From Sphyrna mokarran (lineage: Eukaryota), in the NCBI GenBank assembly GCA_024679065.1, contig JAGIQG010000014.1, positions 4,340,001 to 4,404,000 on the forward strand: a DNA stretch of 64,000 bases. The letters are read 5' to 3'. Position numbers and translations under genes: made by a program. The first letter of the stretch is position 1. The number at the start of each line of letters is the position of its first letter. Below, in pieces: positions 11,097 to 24,239 of the stretch. The notes beneath the pieces are model-generated. The model saw nothing but the letters and a program-made list of their open reading frames with translations. It had not been told where the DNA came from and searched no databases.

Positions 11097-14000
11097 CTTT
11101 CAAATAATAGCCGATGTACCTTTCATGAAAAAAGGAGAATTTCTTAGTTTTGTTTTTAAATGCAAATATTTCACTTTTTAACGGTTGGGCATAATCTCTC
11201 AAGATACGTAACATTACAAACAACATAATAACAAATATAGGGATATATTTTGAGAACCACTTGAGTTCGATAGTTTTAAACCCGACATTTGTATGTCATG
11301 TAATTCATTTTTTGCCTTGCAATCACTGTCGATGTTCCAATCTAATAAATACCAAAGCAAAAAAAAAAACCTGAAGTCAAACTTCCTTTCCCAGTTTGAA
11401 GCATTGACAAGTGGTCAATTACTAATTTTTCATCTAATTCTTTAAAGTCGGAAGTTTGTGTTTCTCTCTCAGACCTGCATAGTGAAATGTCAAGGGCTTA
11501 CTCACCCAAAATAATTGTTGGCTGGAATGTCAAACGTAACTGTTACTTTCCAGACAATCTGCTTTATTCTACGCAAGCAATACCATGTGCTCATTCCACC
11601 GGAAGTTGCATCTTATCTTTGCTGGCTGTCATAGTAATCACAATAATTCAAACTTTAAAGCATTTGGCTGTTCAATTTGCACCGTCCATTTTACCAAAAC
11701 ACGCGTAAATGCATTGAGTAAATCTGATGTCCTGTTGAAAATATATAGGATATGATATTGCCCTATCTGTATTCTGTTCACTGCAATTATATATAAAAAA
11801 ACACAGTCTGCAATAATTTGTCAGGGAAATTTCCTGCGATTCGTCGAACAGGTACCCATTTCCCGGTAAATGCTTTTCCTCTCTTAATTTATTTCACATT
11901 TTCTCTCCTTACCTAGCTTTCTTTAATATTGGGAAAAGGTGGAAGGCTACAATATTTCCGAGTGGAAATGATACGACACCTAACTAATTAATAATTTCCT
12001 GGTTTATTGCACAATATTGATCCAACAACGTGGAACAAAAATACAAATACGTAGACTATGATCTATGCATTAATAAAAACTATCTAAATTGACATTGATG
12101 TGTAAACATACCAAGCTATATGGAAATACGCAAAAATGCGGTAATTCTGAATATAGGTAATAAGGTTTCAAAGACAGTACAGATTCTCAAAACATGTTCT
12201 ATGTTGAATATTTTAAACTCCTGATTAAATAATTATCATACCAAGATCGTAAGATCACATCATCAATCACAGCCAATTGCAACACCAAAATCCAATTACA
12301 TGCCTCAATAACAGAAACAGTTCCCTATAACGTTACCAGGTCACCCATCAGAAAAACTGATATCAGCAAAACCTCAGCAAAAAAGGAAATGTTCTTTCAT
12401 CATACATAGAGGAGCTGATGACAGAGCAACAACAACACTGTGATAAATTGTCTTTAATTCATCATAGAAGTTGTGGAGGAACCAAAATTAGATAATCTAT
12501 TTATGTAATCTGCCTACGAAAAGAAAGCAGAGTTAAATTATTTGTTTACTTATTAAATTAATGCCTGTTCATATTCTGGCCAACATCAGTTGCCTCGACT
12601 TATCCTCAGAATAAAATATTCTCTGTTAAGATTCTGATACGAGGAAGAATGAAAACAATAAGAAATTTGAACTTACACTTCATGAGAATTATCGCTTTAC
12701 ATCTGAGTCTGAGAACTGTTTTCCCTTCTTTTTGCTGAGTGAGTCTGGGCGCCCCCTCTCACCAGACCTTAGTTTCTGAGACTATAGAAAAAATGCACAG
12801 CCTGTTAATCACCCATTAAGTGAGCGGCATGGCATATAAAGAGTTACCAAGCAGATTTCCATCAAATCCAAAGTTACGCCTTGTATGTTTTTTGTAAGCT
12901 TTATTGAAACTTTATATGTCATGTAATCATTTTCTAAGAAATGTTATGAGTCATTTTTGAGAAGCATTCCGATTTCACGAGCTGAAGATTTAAATTTGAA
13001 GTTTTGTGTGCGCCTGCCAACCACTTAGCCACCTCTTAACATTATCTCCAAACATTTAGTGTCCTTTTTCGAGTTCTTTCTCTTTATCTTAATATTTGAC
13101 GTCCGCCGTATAATCTCAATTCTATTTATCATGAAAGTAGATTTCCTTGTAATTATAAACCAAATCAAAACCAAAATGTCCCACTTTGATGTAAATTTAA
13201 CATTCATCGAAGCTTCATGACATCTTTTCTTGATTAAAATTTCATAATTGATAAGAGGAACAATTTCTTACCGATGGGGTTGCATTATGTATCAAATTCA
13301 ATGAATTGTGAAACTGAAGTTTATTGATTTCGCTTTAACAAGGGCATTTTTTCTTATTTTAGATTGAATTAAATGCAAGTTGATTAATTAGATCTCTAAA
13401 AATCCTTATGTTTCCCTCTTTTTCCGAAGAACACATATTAGCGAACAATTCCACACAACTCAATACAAATATAATGATACATCAAACATGCTGATCGATC
13501 GATTCACTTCTGACCTGGCAAGCATCAAATCGAATAAACAGGTGGAATAAGCAGATGATGGAGATGGAATGTACTAAACAGTCCTGTCAGGCAAGACCAG
13601 ACTGTTGATTTTTGAAATACACATGAAACAATAGTTTTAAATTCGAATACAAATAATGAATGCACACCAATCAAATGATCGGATATATTTATACCCACTC
13701 ACGGTTATTGATTAGGGTTGCATCGTTTATAAGGGACAGGCATTAAACCGATGCTATTCACTTTACAGTTGCTCAATTATAATATCCAATCAGCGTTAGG
13801 TTTTTAATCACATTAGTAGAATATTGTTCCAACTAATTTTTGACAGTACAGCTGCATCTGAATATTAGAACAAAAATCATCGTAACATCGAGCCTAATGG
13901 TCTTTCCCAACCTAAGACTCCATAACTTCTTCTCTTCTTATCTGGAAGGATAATCAGTCATTCTAAAGCAGCTTATTAGGTAAGAATATGCAATATCTAT

Positions 14001-14574
14001 CTATCTATCTATATACGTATATATATGACTACTAATACTATTGTCTATAATTACTAGTTTATGAATTATTCTCATAAACCAACTTATTTTGACTGAACCG
14101 CAGCCCCAAGATGTCAGTGTAGCAATGTCAGCACAGAACCTACAAAGAAATGGTAGTTACAGTTGGATTAGTTTTCCTGACATTAATTTTCAGGCTGAAA
14201 GTTTCCAATAGAACAGGTACTTTAATACCGAAGCACTTGCGTTTAACGCATTGATGTGAGGTTCTAAGTTTGAACAATCCTGTAAAGGGGGCGATATCGA
14301 ATAGATTTTTGTGGGCAAACAGGAGGTGGGAACTAAGGTTGGGCGGAATGAGGAATATCCAGATCATTCCGCTAAGACCAGCACACAAATGCCCAACCTG
14401 GAAATTGGCTCTTTGTTCCCAAGAAAATGTTATCGCGTCGGAAATGGAAATCCAATGACAAATATGAAGTCGCCAGTTTACCTCCTGCGTTATTTGTTAA
14501 CCAAAAATGCTCCCTGCCTTGTTTCATTCCAGGGGAAACTTGTGTCACCCAGGCAGTGGTGGTGTTCGTGAGAG

Positions 14575-14615
14575 AGGGTGAGGGCGGGGTGTAATGGGAA
14601 TAAACCATTGGCATC
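14575..14615 (-). promoter_or_regulatory. Possible CCAAT box plus GC/CACCC box
   Basis: GGGTGAGGGCGGG..(~18 nt)..ATTGGC conserved in both units (40928-40963); motif evidence only. Confidence 0.3.
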
Positions 14616-14728
14616 CTGTTCACTCCTGTTTTCCAAGTGGTGCATTGTCAGAGTCGTCCTCGGATGCAGAGTTTTGTTGGTTGATGATCATTTCAGAATT
14701 TGAACTCATTCTCCCCAGAGCTCAACTG

Positions 14729-14797
14729 TGGCGGCGCGGGCTCGTTGGGCCGAAGGGCCTGTTTCCCGTGCTGTTTTGTTCTTTATCCTTTGAACTG
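14729..14797 (+). mobile_element. Short CR1/SINE 3' tail insertion (unit 1 only)
   Basis: TGGCGGCGCGGGCTCGTTGGGCCGAAGGGCCTGTTTCCCGTGCTG; CpGs retained; absent at ~41090. Confidence 0.75.
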
Positions 14798-15487
14798 AAT
14801 GTAGAACAGAACAGGCGAGGTAACAGAATTCCTGCAGTAACAACTACCACTAATTCAAGTCTGGAAATTGTACTTAGAACACCACATGAAGATCGGTTGC
14901 AGGATGAGAGTGTGATGAGACTTAAAACAGACTATGTTACGGTGCTGGTTTGCATAAGGAAAGGTTTTGAATTCAATTCCATTTATCTATTGCATTCAAA
15001 ATGTGACCTGAAATTAGCCAGTCCACCGCGAGAAATACTCACAAACTTCAAATGTCCTTGTGATATTGCAGACATGATTAATTTCAAGGGTAGAATTTGG
15101 TCTATGCGCTAACATTTGAGACCCGACTTTAATTCAATGAGAGTATCTTTCATCCGCCATTTCTCCAAAAATCACCCTGTCTATTGCGTGGCTCATCATT
15201 TGATAGAAGATTTTGAACTAAATCAAATGGTAAAATTTTGATATAAATGGGAATACATAGTTCGTAAAATATAGTAACCACGAATTCGCAAATAGTGGGC
15301 TTTCAATTTTAATCTTAATTCTCAAAATTGTGAAGTTCCTCAAATTGTCTTAAGCGTATTTTTGTTACAAACCAACTGAATTTAATTTAAAAAAGTGACT
15401 TTCTTCTAAACGTTCTCTAGAATGGTGATAACACTGGGGGACGGGGAATGAGGTGGAGGGAATTGGGAGATGTGATGTTCCACTTAC

Positions 15488-15634
15488 TTCCTGATTTCCG
15501 ACTCTTGGTTTGGCTGGAGGAGATGATAAATTCCATTGTGCAACCTCTGGTCGTTGCTCAATGTCAGCTCCTAACTTGATCATTTCAATGTCAATCTCCA
15601 TATTCAGATTTCCTGAAATTGAGGTCTGTTCCAT
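15488..15634 (-). CDS. Candidate upstream exon of paralog 1 (MEQTSISGN...AKPRVGNQE), either an in-frame N-terminal extension or 5'UTR
   Basis: Strong Kozak gccATGg; phase-0 donor GAA|GTAAGT conserved in unit 2; acceptor TTTTACAG at 15656-15657; would join in frame to the exon at 11096. Confidence 0.5.
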
Positions 15635-18476
15635 GGCCAGTTCTATCTAGAACTGCTGTAAAACCTTGCATCTTCGATGCTCCATTTCCTATCTTATTGT
15701 TGTCTTGAGATCACTAAATTGCTCGAAGCATTTGGCAGCAAAACAGATAAGAGAACGGCCATTTATTTTGCCTCACCATTCAGACTTCTTGTTGCAGAGA
15801 TAAGATAATGCTCTACCCATCCAGGACAACTATAAGTTGTAATACAATTAATAGCAGTCTGGAATGAATCTGTTCCTATATGCGCGACAAGGAACCTGTC
15901 ATTTATAATACTTGTAAAAACGCTCCTGATTCACTTACCTCTAAGGAAGAACGTAGGTCAAACTTACCTGCAGGTGACGTTGGATCCATAGAACCTTAGT
16001 TAACTTCAGAAATGACACAGCGAGACATTCGGTTAGTATTAACATAATTCTGGGATCATTCTCATGAGATGGGTTCCAGCAGCTGATGAACGTGTTGCCC
16101 GCAACCTTTTCCAACCAATTAAGGATGAGAAATGCATGTGACGGTCACAACTCTGCAAGAATTAGGCAAAAACATACAAATGTCTAACTTTCCAAGTAAT
16201 GATATCTAATTCTCAAACAATCATGGGTGAGCTGGTGTTTACATCCTGAGGTTAAGTGTAGGAACGACCTATTACAGCGCCGAACCAGATTAAATTATCT
16301 GAATTATTATGCTCGATACCAAAATGCAAAATTCGTGATCATTGGCTGTCACGAATCGGAGCGTGTTTACAGAAACTGTAAACTTATTTTCCACAAGTCT
16401 GGTATAGATTCTATGAGGTTGAAGTGTTGGTGTGCATTCTGGAGGTTGTAATTTATCTGGTGAAGTATTTTGACCCATAATGAAGTGGAATAGAAACTGT
16501 TTAATCAGCACAACCATTTACAGTGGTGCAAATAATCCATTTCTTAATTGCTCGAATCTCCTGCGATTGCTGCAGGGGTTTGGACGTATGGTACCAAATA
16601 TATACACGTCAATGGGATGCTGGGTCAATAGACCAAATTACAAACTTTTGTGTTGTTTTTTCTTTGGAGAATTGCTGACAACAGTCTTGAGGTTTTGGAT
16701 TTCAGTCCAGATTCTTCTTTTCTTTTGCCAAATAATTTCATGACTGCTGGAGGAAGAGGAAGTTTTCACTATCTTACTTCTTGTTCTCATTTCTGTTCCT
16801 TTAATGACAGATGTGCAGCTTCTGAATATACTTTCAATATCTAGAATCTGCTACGAGGCAAATGTCTAACCCATTAAACAATAGATGTTTGTGTCTTAGA
16901 CGCATAACTTTGACCTGTATCTAAACCGAGATGGCCTATTACCTCGTCAGAGACGCTGAGAATGTGAAAGCAGGAAACAAATTAAGAATATTAGCTTAAT
17001 ATTGTCGTCAGGCACGTATTGCTCACATTAACTATGCATTTAGTCCATCTTCCATTCGCATCTGTTTAAAACTATTCCACCTGAATAAATACGGAAACAC
17101 TTGAGCACCGAACTAAAACCACAGTCTACCATCATTGTCAGACTGCTGAACCACTGGGTCTCTGATATTGTTCATCTGCAGTCGAATGCATCGTTCACAA
17201 GTAGAGATCGGCTGAAGGAAGTGGCTGCTTTTTCCGTTACACTTTATGATTGCACGGCAACCAATCAGACTGAATGTTGCTTATCTGAGTGTTAAGAAAA
17301 ATTCTCTAAACTTAAGTGACGGCAATTATAGGGTAATAAAACAGCTATGCATAAAGTAACCTGTGGAAATTGGCTGATATGTATGACAGCAGAGCAATCA
17401 GGCATTTATGGAGATATTTCGTCACTCTAATTTCCTGAGTACTTCACGGATGTCGGATCCTTCTGCCAGATTTATTTTACAAGTTTAATACAACATGATA
17501 GAATTTAAAGATGAATGAGAGCACATTTACCATGCTGCCTTGATTAAATGTAGGCCAGACGAATGGGCAAAAATCTACACCAGCAAAGGTTGAGGAAGAA
17601 AAAGACAGTGATATAAATTCGAACACGATAGAATATAGCAAGTTATGTGAAAATACAAGTTCCCTTAAGTGCATAGAAAGGAACATATATTCACGGCTGG
17701 GTTGAATGGGTTGGCTGTAATGTAGCTACATTTTCCTATGGTGCAAAGAAGGAAACCAAATGGTGCAAAGTGTAGGTCAAGTGATTGGAGTGGCCTCGTG
17801 AATTGACAGAAATCTGGACACCAGGCAAGGCAAAGCGATAAAGTATCAAACTGCCGAAGCCGAAGAGGGATGGAATGCTTGAGACTGGAGAGTGTTGGTG
17901 AGGCTGAGGTTAGGTGAGATATACGTGGTAGGACTAGACTAAGGCTGATTGAAGTTGCCCAGCATTACATAATGCATTTGGCACTATGTTTTGTTTGAAC
18001 TCCCAGAATCCTTCACTTTATGAATAGCATTCACAGACTTCCCCCGCGTGGAGGACCCGGAGACGGTGTTGAAGTGGCCCAAATTCAGGCCAAGAGGGAG
18101 TTGGCAGAAGATCTGGGAAAGGCGGCATCTTCAGCGTGAGATAACTCGAATTCTGGATCAAGGCGTTCTCAGTTCAGACGTAGAAAGAAAGAAGGAAGTG
18201 AGTATCGGGAACGGAGATGGAAAGAGAAATGTCCACATATTTTGACCGGGACTTCGGCGTTGTCAGTTCAGTGAGGAACCCTGGTGACAAGACTGGAAAG
18301 TGTACATGATTTGCATCCGCATTCAGGATTTCAGATATTCAGGGAGTGAGCTCGGTTTGAGCCAAAAACCTGGTTCAATTTGGAGAGTCCAGGGAGGGCA
18401 ATATTCACTCGCCGGTTAAATCTATTTTGTCAGGTTAAAATATTTACATATAGAAAGAAATTCCGAGGCTACCCTT

Positions 18477-18637
18477 TGTGTTTTGCGTGTGTGTATGAGT
18501 TTGTGTTTCTGTATGTGCATATGTGTGTTTGTGTGTGTGTGTGTGTGTGCATGTTTATGTGTGTGTGTATCTGTGTGTATTTTTATGTGAGTGCATGCGT
18601 GTGAATGTGTGTTTGTGTGTGCGCGTGCATGTGTGCC

Positions 18638-18687
<50 letters not shown>

Positions 18688-18981
18688 ATCTGTGTGTATT
18701 TTTATGTGAGGCCTGCATGTGNNNNNNNNNNNNNNNNNNNNNNNNNNNNNNNNNNNNNNNNNNNNNNNNNNNNNNNNNNNNNNNNNNNNNNNNNNNNNNN
18801 NNNNNNNNNNNNNNNNNNNNNNNNNNNNNNNNNNNNNNNNNNNNNNNNNNNNNNNNNNNNNNNNNNNNNNNNNNNNNNNNNNNNNNNNNNNNNNNNNNNN
18901 NNNNNNNNNNNNNNNNNNNNNNNNNNNNNNNNNNNNNNNNNNNNNNNNNNNNTGTGTGCCCGCGCGCGTATGTGTTTGTGT
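18477..18981. repeat. Long imperfect (TG)n microsatellite containing an assembly gap (N 18722-18952)
   Basis: Direct reading. Confidence 0.95.
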
Positions 18982-19084
18982 ACAATAATTCATCATGTCA
19001 AAGTTCGGAAACATTATTGTTTTGCTGATATTGAGGTACTGCTCTGGGACGGAAAAATCGTCCCTCTAATCTTTCTTACCGAGC

Positions 19085-19273
19085 CCAACGATGTGCGGAC
19101 TAGGTTGATTAGCCTTTCTAAATTGCCCCTTAATGTCTCGGGATGCATAGGTTAGAGGGATTAGTGGGTAAATATATGGGGATATGGGGACAGGACCTGG
19201 GTGGGGTTGTGGTTAGTGTAGAATCGATGGGCCAAATGACTTCTCTCTGCACTGTAGGATTCTATGATTCTAT
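19085..19273 (+). mobile_element. HE1-like SINE 3' half (counterpart at ~44925-45118)
   Basis: GATGTGCG..TAGGTTGATT..CTAAATTGCCCCTT...GATGGGCCAAATG...(GATTCTAT)2 tail. Confidence 0.8.
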
Positions 19274-19678
19274 CAATTGAATCAATTATACGTTATACTG
19301 GTATAGATTCCGATGGATGTGATTACCGAGTACTCGGCGGGCATTTTATTATCAAACAATCCAAGAATGGCTTCTCAGTCTTTGGATTCACCAAAGATTT
19401 TCTTAGCCTCTTAGCAAAATTACATTGACGTAGTTTTGAAAGACTCTCCCTGTAATTACACAACTTGTGAACAAACCAGCTCAGGGGACTGGGGGCTTTA
19501 GCAATGTTTTTGCTCTCTTCCAGATTCTTATCAGCCTGTGATTCGGCCAAAGACGGAGATTCGCTATAACCAAACAGCCAAATAATAGGAAAATGCTAAC
19601 AGGGAAATCGGCTGCTACCAGTTCATGTAATGTTGTAGAGCAACCAGGGAAGTTCGCTGTATCGCTGTTCGAGTAGGA

Positions 19679-19757
19679 GCTTGCATAACTCAGTCGGTAT
19701 ATTTTTCATCTGAGGATACAGGATTCAACTCTCTGTTCAAGTTTAAAAGCAGCGCCC
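19679..19757 (+). pseudogene. Decayed tRNA-Lys(UUU) inside the inverted block
   Basis: ATAACTCAGTCGGTA...TCTGAGGATACAGGATTCAACTCTCTGTTC; internal deletion; 3' end flipped. Confidence 0.7.
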
Positions 19758-21369
19758 GAACAAAATCTCTATTCATGTAGCCGCACAGAAGTCATCCTTT
19801 TCTCTTTCAGAAATTGTAAGTCCCGCCTCTTTATTGATCTGGGAGTTATTTTGACCTAGTTTCGTAAATTGTCGTTCAAGATTATCTAATTCCTTATCAT
19901 TATGCACACCAGAAAGTTCTTTGAAATTCCTGCCGTCTCGTTAAATCTCAATGTCAGTTGTTTTTAAAGACACAAGTATTCAAACCGCATTCAATTGTCC
20001 CATTTCATATACAGCTTGAACTTTGCAGTCTACTCCTTTAACTAATGTTTCAAAATAATTAATTTGTTGTTTCAAAGCGTTTATTTGACAAGTGGACATT
20101 CCCTCTACTGGCAGAGTACTGCAATTGTAACTCATTATGAAGAGATTTATGATATGCTGCCAAAGCTCTTTTTCCAAAGGAGATGAGGAATTAGCCATCA
20201 TGTCCAGCGCATATTCTTAATCAACATCAGCAAGGCAGACGATCACGTCATTGGAGGAGCGTTTCCGATGAAAATTGGCTTCCGTGATGACTTCATGCCT
20301 GAAATAAAAAGGCAACATTGGGGCCTATGGTGAAAAGGGCCGTAAAAAAAGATGTGTCTCTTACATAGATTTAAGGTATAAATTCAAGCGTTTTTAGAAA
20401 AACCCGTTAATAAGGCAGAAATTGCTGTTTGAACGATTCATATGCGGGAGTTTCATCTTCACACTGAAAACTCTTTCTATATAATAGCGTAATGCAGAAT
20501 ATTTCTTTTAAGCTGATGGCCACAGCCTTGCCAAAATACAAGAGGCATGTTTGCAAATTGATTTGCCAAAGAAAGGGTGAGGACCACAGGGAGTTGTGTC
20601 GTTAACCGGGGAAATATCGATTATGCCCACCAAGAAGCTTAACCATCTCATCTTTCAACTGAAACAGGTGTTTAATTGCATTTTTCACGTTGTTTATGTT
20701 GTGTTCGCGGTGGGCTGTTCCACTCCTCGGGAAAGAATCTCTCAATAAATTAAGTGCTCTTTGGAATTCTATTGTACGTGTTGAATCCCCGTCCTTTCTT
20801 TGTTCACCTATTCTCTAATGCATCATAACGAGGCGAACATTACCTATTTGGCTTTGTGTGATTCCATGAAAGAGGAAGTGCAGATTGTGTTTTAATGTAG
20901 ATGCAGCTATTCTGTTAAAGTGTAAGAAATTGCCTTAATTCCCCCCCTTACCCACATCTAACTGTCAATTTCTGTCTAAGTGATCCTGTAATTCCCTATA
21001 TGAATTTCAGCTACGGAGATCGACTGGTGAAGATGGCACTGTTTGCCTCACAGATGAAAAGTTTGAGAGTTACTGATTTGTTCTTGGTCATTGGAAAGTA
21101 TGATGCCAACCACGTTGAGATCGAAATGACAATTAGTTTATCTTTCTAAATCTCAGAATGCTGAGTAAGTGATATATTTGGCAAAACAAATATCAAATCC
21201 TTCAATTTCGATCCGTATTCTGTCTTTCTTGTGCGAAGTCTAACAGTAATTCAGTCTTGCCTTCGTTTGTTAATGCATTTGTCCAATCAACGTGAATTCA
21301 AATCATTGTGCTAGCTTTCTGCGCATTTTACTGAATAACTTTTGAATTCGAAACTTCTGAACTGTGTGA

Positions 21370-22040
21370 GATCATGCATTTTCTGATCCAATGCACGTAG
21401 GAATTCTACATAAATGGAAGAGCACTTAGAAGTATTGACAGGCAATGAAATCTGGATGTGCATGTCCACAGATCACTGAAAGTGACAACAACGTGGATAA
21501 AATGGGCAAGAAGGCATATGGCATGCTTGCATTCATTGGTCGTGGCACTGAGTTATATATAAAAAATGCATGTTATGCTGCTGCTGTATAGAACCTTAGT
21601 TAGGCCTGATGCAGATTATTGTGTGCAATTCTGATTACACTACCAGAACAATTTGAATGCGTTGGGGAGGGTGCCGAAAAGTTTCCTATAGCGTTGCCTT
21701 GGACTGGAGGGTTTTACATATGAGGGAAGTTTTGCTCTCACTGGAATAACGGAATTTGAGAGATGACCTGATGGTGATTTACAAATTATGAGTGACATGG
21801 ACAGAGTGGATAGTCAAATGCTGTTTCCTAAGGTAGAAAGTTAAGTACTAGGGTACATAGATTTAAGGTGCGTCGGAAAAAAATTAGAGGAGAAATGCAA
21901 GGCATTTTTTTTACACAGCAGATGATGAATAGCTAGAAGACACTGCCCGGGAATGCTGTGGGAGATATGATTGCGGCATTTAAGATGCAACTCAATGAAC
22001 AGATCAGTAGGAAGGAATGGAAGGATACGGACTCCATAAG
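21370..22040 (+). mobile_element. Decayed CR1 3' fragment (counterpart at ~54635-55300)
   Basis: Remnant KKAYGMLAFIGRG, LYRTLVRP and RDDLM motifs. Confidence 0.85.
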
Positions 22041-22393
22041 TGGATGCAGCTTTACTTGAACTCTTAAAACGCACTTTAACATTAACATAAAGTTGAAAAT
22101 CAACTTTAAACATCATTTAACTGAAAACAGATACGATTTGATGGTCTTTCTCTCGGTTAGAGTGGAGTTCGATCATTAATCTTAAAATAATCATCATGAA
22201 TTCCTTGTGGGTTCTTGAATATCATTACTTATGTTGGAGAGCACTTGAAACTTCATAGCAGAGAAGGCTGAGAACCATCCGGTGCAAAATTGGACTGAAA
22301 TGGATCCGCGTTTGAATGTCTGGAGCAAACGAAAAGTGACCAATGGCTCACTTGAGACATGAAAGAGTGTGACTCGATTGAGAATGGAGGTTT

Positions 22394-22398
22394 AAAAA
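22394..22398 (-). terminator. RNA polymerase III oligo-T terminator of tRNA-Lys
   Basis: TTTTT on the minus strand just 3' of the tRNA. Confidence 0.75.
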
Positions 22399-22402
22399 GC
22401 AT

Positions 22403-22475
22403 CGCCCGAACAGGGACTTGAACCCTGGGCCCTCAGATTAAAAGTCTGATGCTCTACCGACTGAGCTATCCGGGC
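22403..22475 (-). tRNA. trnak-uuu: tRNA-Lys(UUU), intact
   Basis: Reverse complement GCCCGGATAGCTCAGTCGGTAGAGCATCAGACTTTTAATCTGAGGGCCCAGGGTTCAAGTCCCTGTTCGGGCG matches the canonical vertebrate tRNA-Lys3 gene (as recalled) except U47C. A and B boxes are intact, a T5 terminator lies 4 nt downstream, and a TATA-like TATAG sits near -30. Confidence 0.97.
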
Positions 22476-23284
22476 TCTGGTGCTAGGATTGTGGAGCGCC
22501 CTATACTGGCCGGTCTGAACATCGCGTGGTTGAAGTTTTGCGTTCCTTCCAGCTATCATCCAGTATTTTCAGATTGTTTCTATCACACAAGTATTCGCCA
22601 ATGGGTTTGAGACTATTAGTGTCTTCCTCTCAATTATACAGCTCTCTCTTCAAACCTCATTGCCTCGCCAAAACTTGCTTGTCGAATTATTGTCAAAAAA
22701 CCCGAATCCTTCCAAAGAAAGCCAACTCCTAGCATTCACTTTTAAACATTCTTACGTCTTGGCCTTTATTCCTGTGAGGGTGGGAGTGAGATAGTGATGC
22801 TGCAAGAAGTTGGAGTGAAGGATGGGAGTACTGTCGGGCGTGTAGGAATAGAATGATATCGAGAGATAAGTCTCAAACAGTAACACAAAGAAATTCTTAT
22901 TTGTGTGGTTGTCCCGGAAACATCACTCTAACATAATAAACGGACCCTAATTTATGCCAAAATTTGAGACACTTACCTTATTGACAGTAGACTAATGATA
23001 TTTTCAATAACTCATTTAATTGATACAAACCAGTGGAAAATAAGTAAGGATTGTGGCCGCTTTGCAAACCTTTCTGAATGCAGAAAGTGGGAAATGAGTA
23101 TCTCCGTTCAACATGTTTGTCCATATTGCAGGGAACGAGAATTGTACCGAAGGAAAGATTACCAAAAGAAATAAAAACTGGACCACAACTTCCTAATGAT
23201 TTAGTTACCCAGTCTTGGGGAATCTGGAACAAATCTCAGTCTGTGGGCAAAACAGCAAACGACAAAAAGCTCATTTCGAAAACA

Positions 23285-23590
23285 TGTTTTCCATTACTGC
23301 AGTTCATGTAGTGTAGTTACTCTTATAGTACTTTTGGGAAAGATGTTCCAGCAATTGAGACCAACAACAGTTTTGGAATGTTTGTTATCGTTTAAAGTGA
23401 AGATACAAATATTGGCGCAATGATCCTAAAAGCATGGCAAAACAGCACACCATAATAACCTCTTTTAGAAGACTTTTTTTTACATCACTGCAGTTCATGT
23501 GGTGCAGCTACTCATATGTTACTTTGGGAAAGGAAGTTCCCGAACTTGAAGCTAACAAAGTGAGGGAATGGGTAATGTCGTTGAAAATTG
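23285..23590. repeat. Old ~190-bp-period local duplication (also 56550-56860)
   Basis: ACTGCAGTTCATGT.GTG.AG.TACTC...ACTTT(T)GGGAA.GA.GTTCC occurs twice. Confidence 0.8.
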
Positions 23591-24188
23591 AGATAAAGTC
23601 TGTACTTTCAATTTGAAACTTTAGGTAATGATGGAGGATTTAATTGCCCCGATAATTCAAAATTTGTCAATGAAAAAGCTCTCAGTCCATTCTTGAAAGC
23701 AAAGTTTTTACAAAGCATCGCAATGCCTGAAAAGGTTCAACATGAATTATGTAAATATCACAGAATGAAATATATTTGAATTTTAAGTATCCATGGAACC
23801 AATTGCGTTATGTTACAGATTTTTAATTGGACTGAACAAAAAAATCTGAGAATAGCCACGCTGAAAGGCCTGGATGATATTCACAATCTCATATTATCAT
23901 TCAATATAACTTGAAACATCTGGAACGGAAAAATAGCTTACAATCAGAAGCAGATTAGAATTTTCCAAAGTTCCCATTTAAGAATCTTAATGCGATAACC
24001 ATGAGTTCCTTGTGGACTCTGGGTCAGTATTATTCAAACACGACAGCACACAACGCTGAGAACCAAATGTTGCAGAAATAGATTGGAACAGATCCAGCTT
24101 TGAATGTCCAGGACAGAGACAAAGTCACCAGGACACTCACTCGACGCATGAAACAACGTGTCGATTGAGAATGGAAACCTGAAAACAA

Positions 24189-24239
24189 TATCCAAACAGG
24201 GACTTGAACCTGATGCTCGACCGACTGAGTTACCCAGAA
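24189..24239 (-). pseudogene. tRNA-Lys pseudogene lacking the anticodon/variable region
   Basis: AACAGGGACTTGAACC joined directly to TGATGCTCGACCGACTGAG (~22-nt deletion); flanks homologous to those of the intact tRNA. Confidence 0.8.

Noticed and set aside
12260-12350. Minus-strand DxxPGN...DFG kinase-like pattern
   Set aside because: Contains stops and is not conserved in unit 2 (EFG); intronic
17477-17686. ORF with RELVF...DFCPxxW resembling a primase small subunit
   Set aside because: No DxD catalytic motif or downstream SGxRGxH; disrupted by a deletion and an inversion in unit 2
18380-19155. Long ORFs with HT/CV repeats (also 9872-10326, 40182-40412, 44411-44858)
   Set aside because: Artefacts of dinucleotide microsatellites and N gaps
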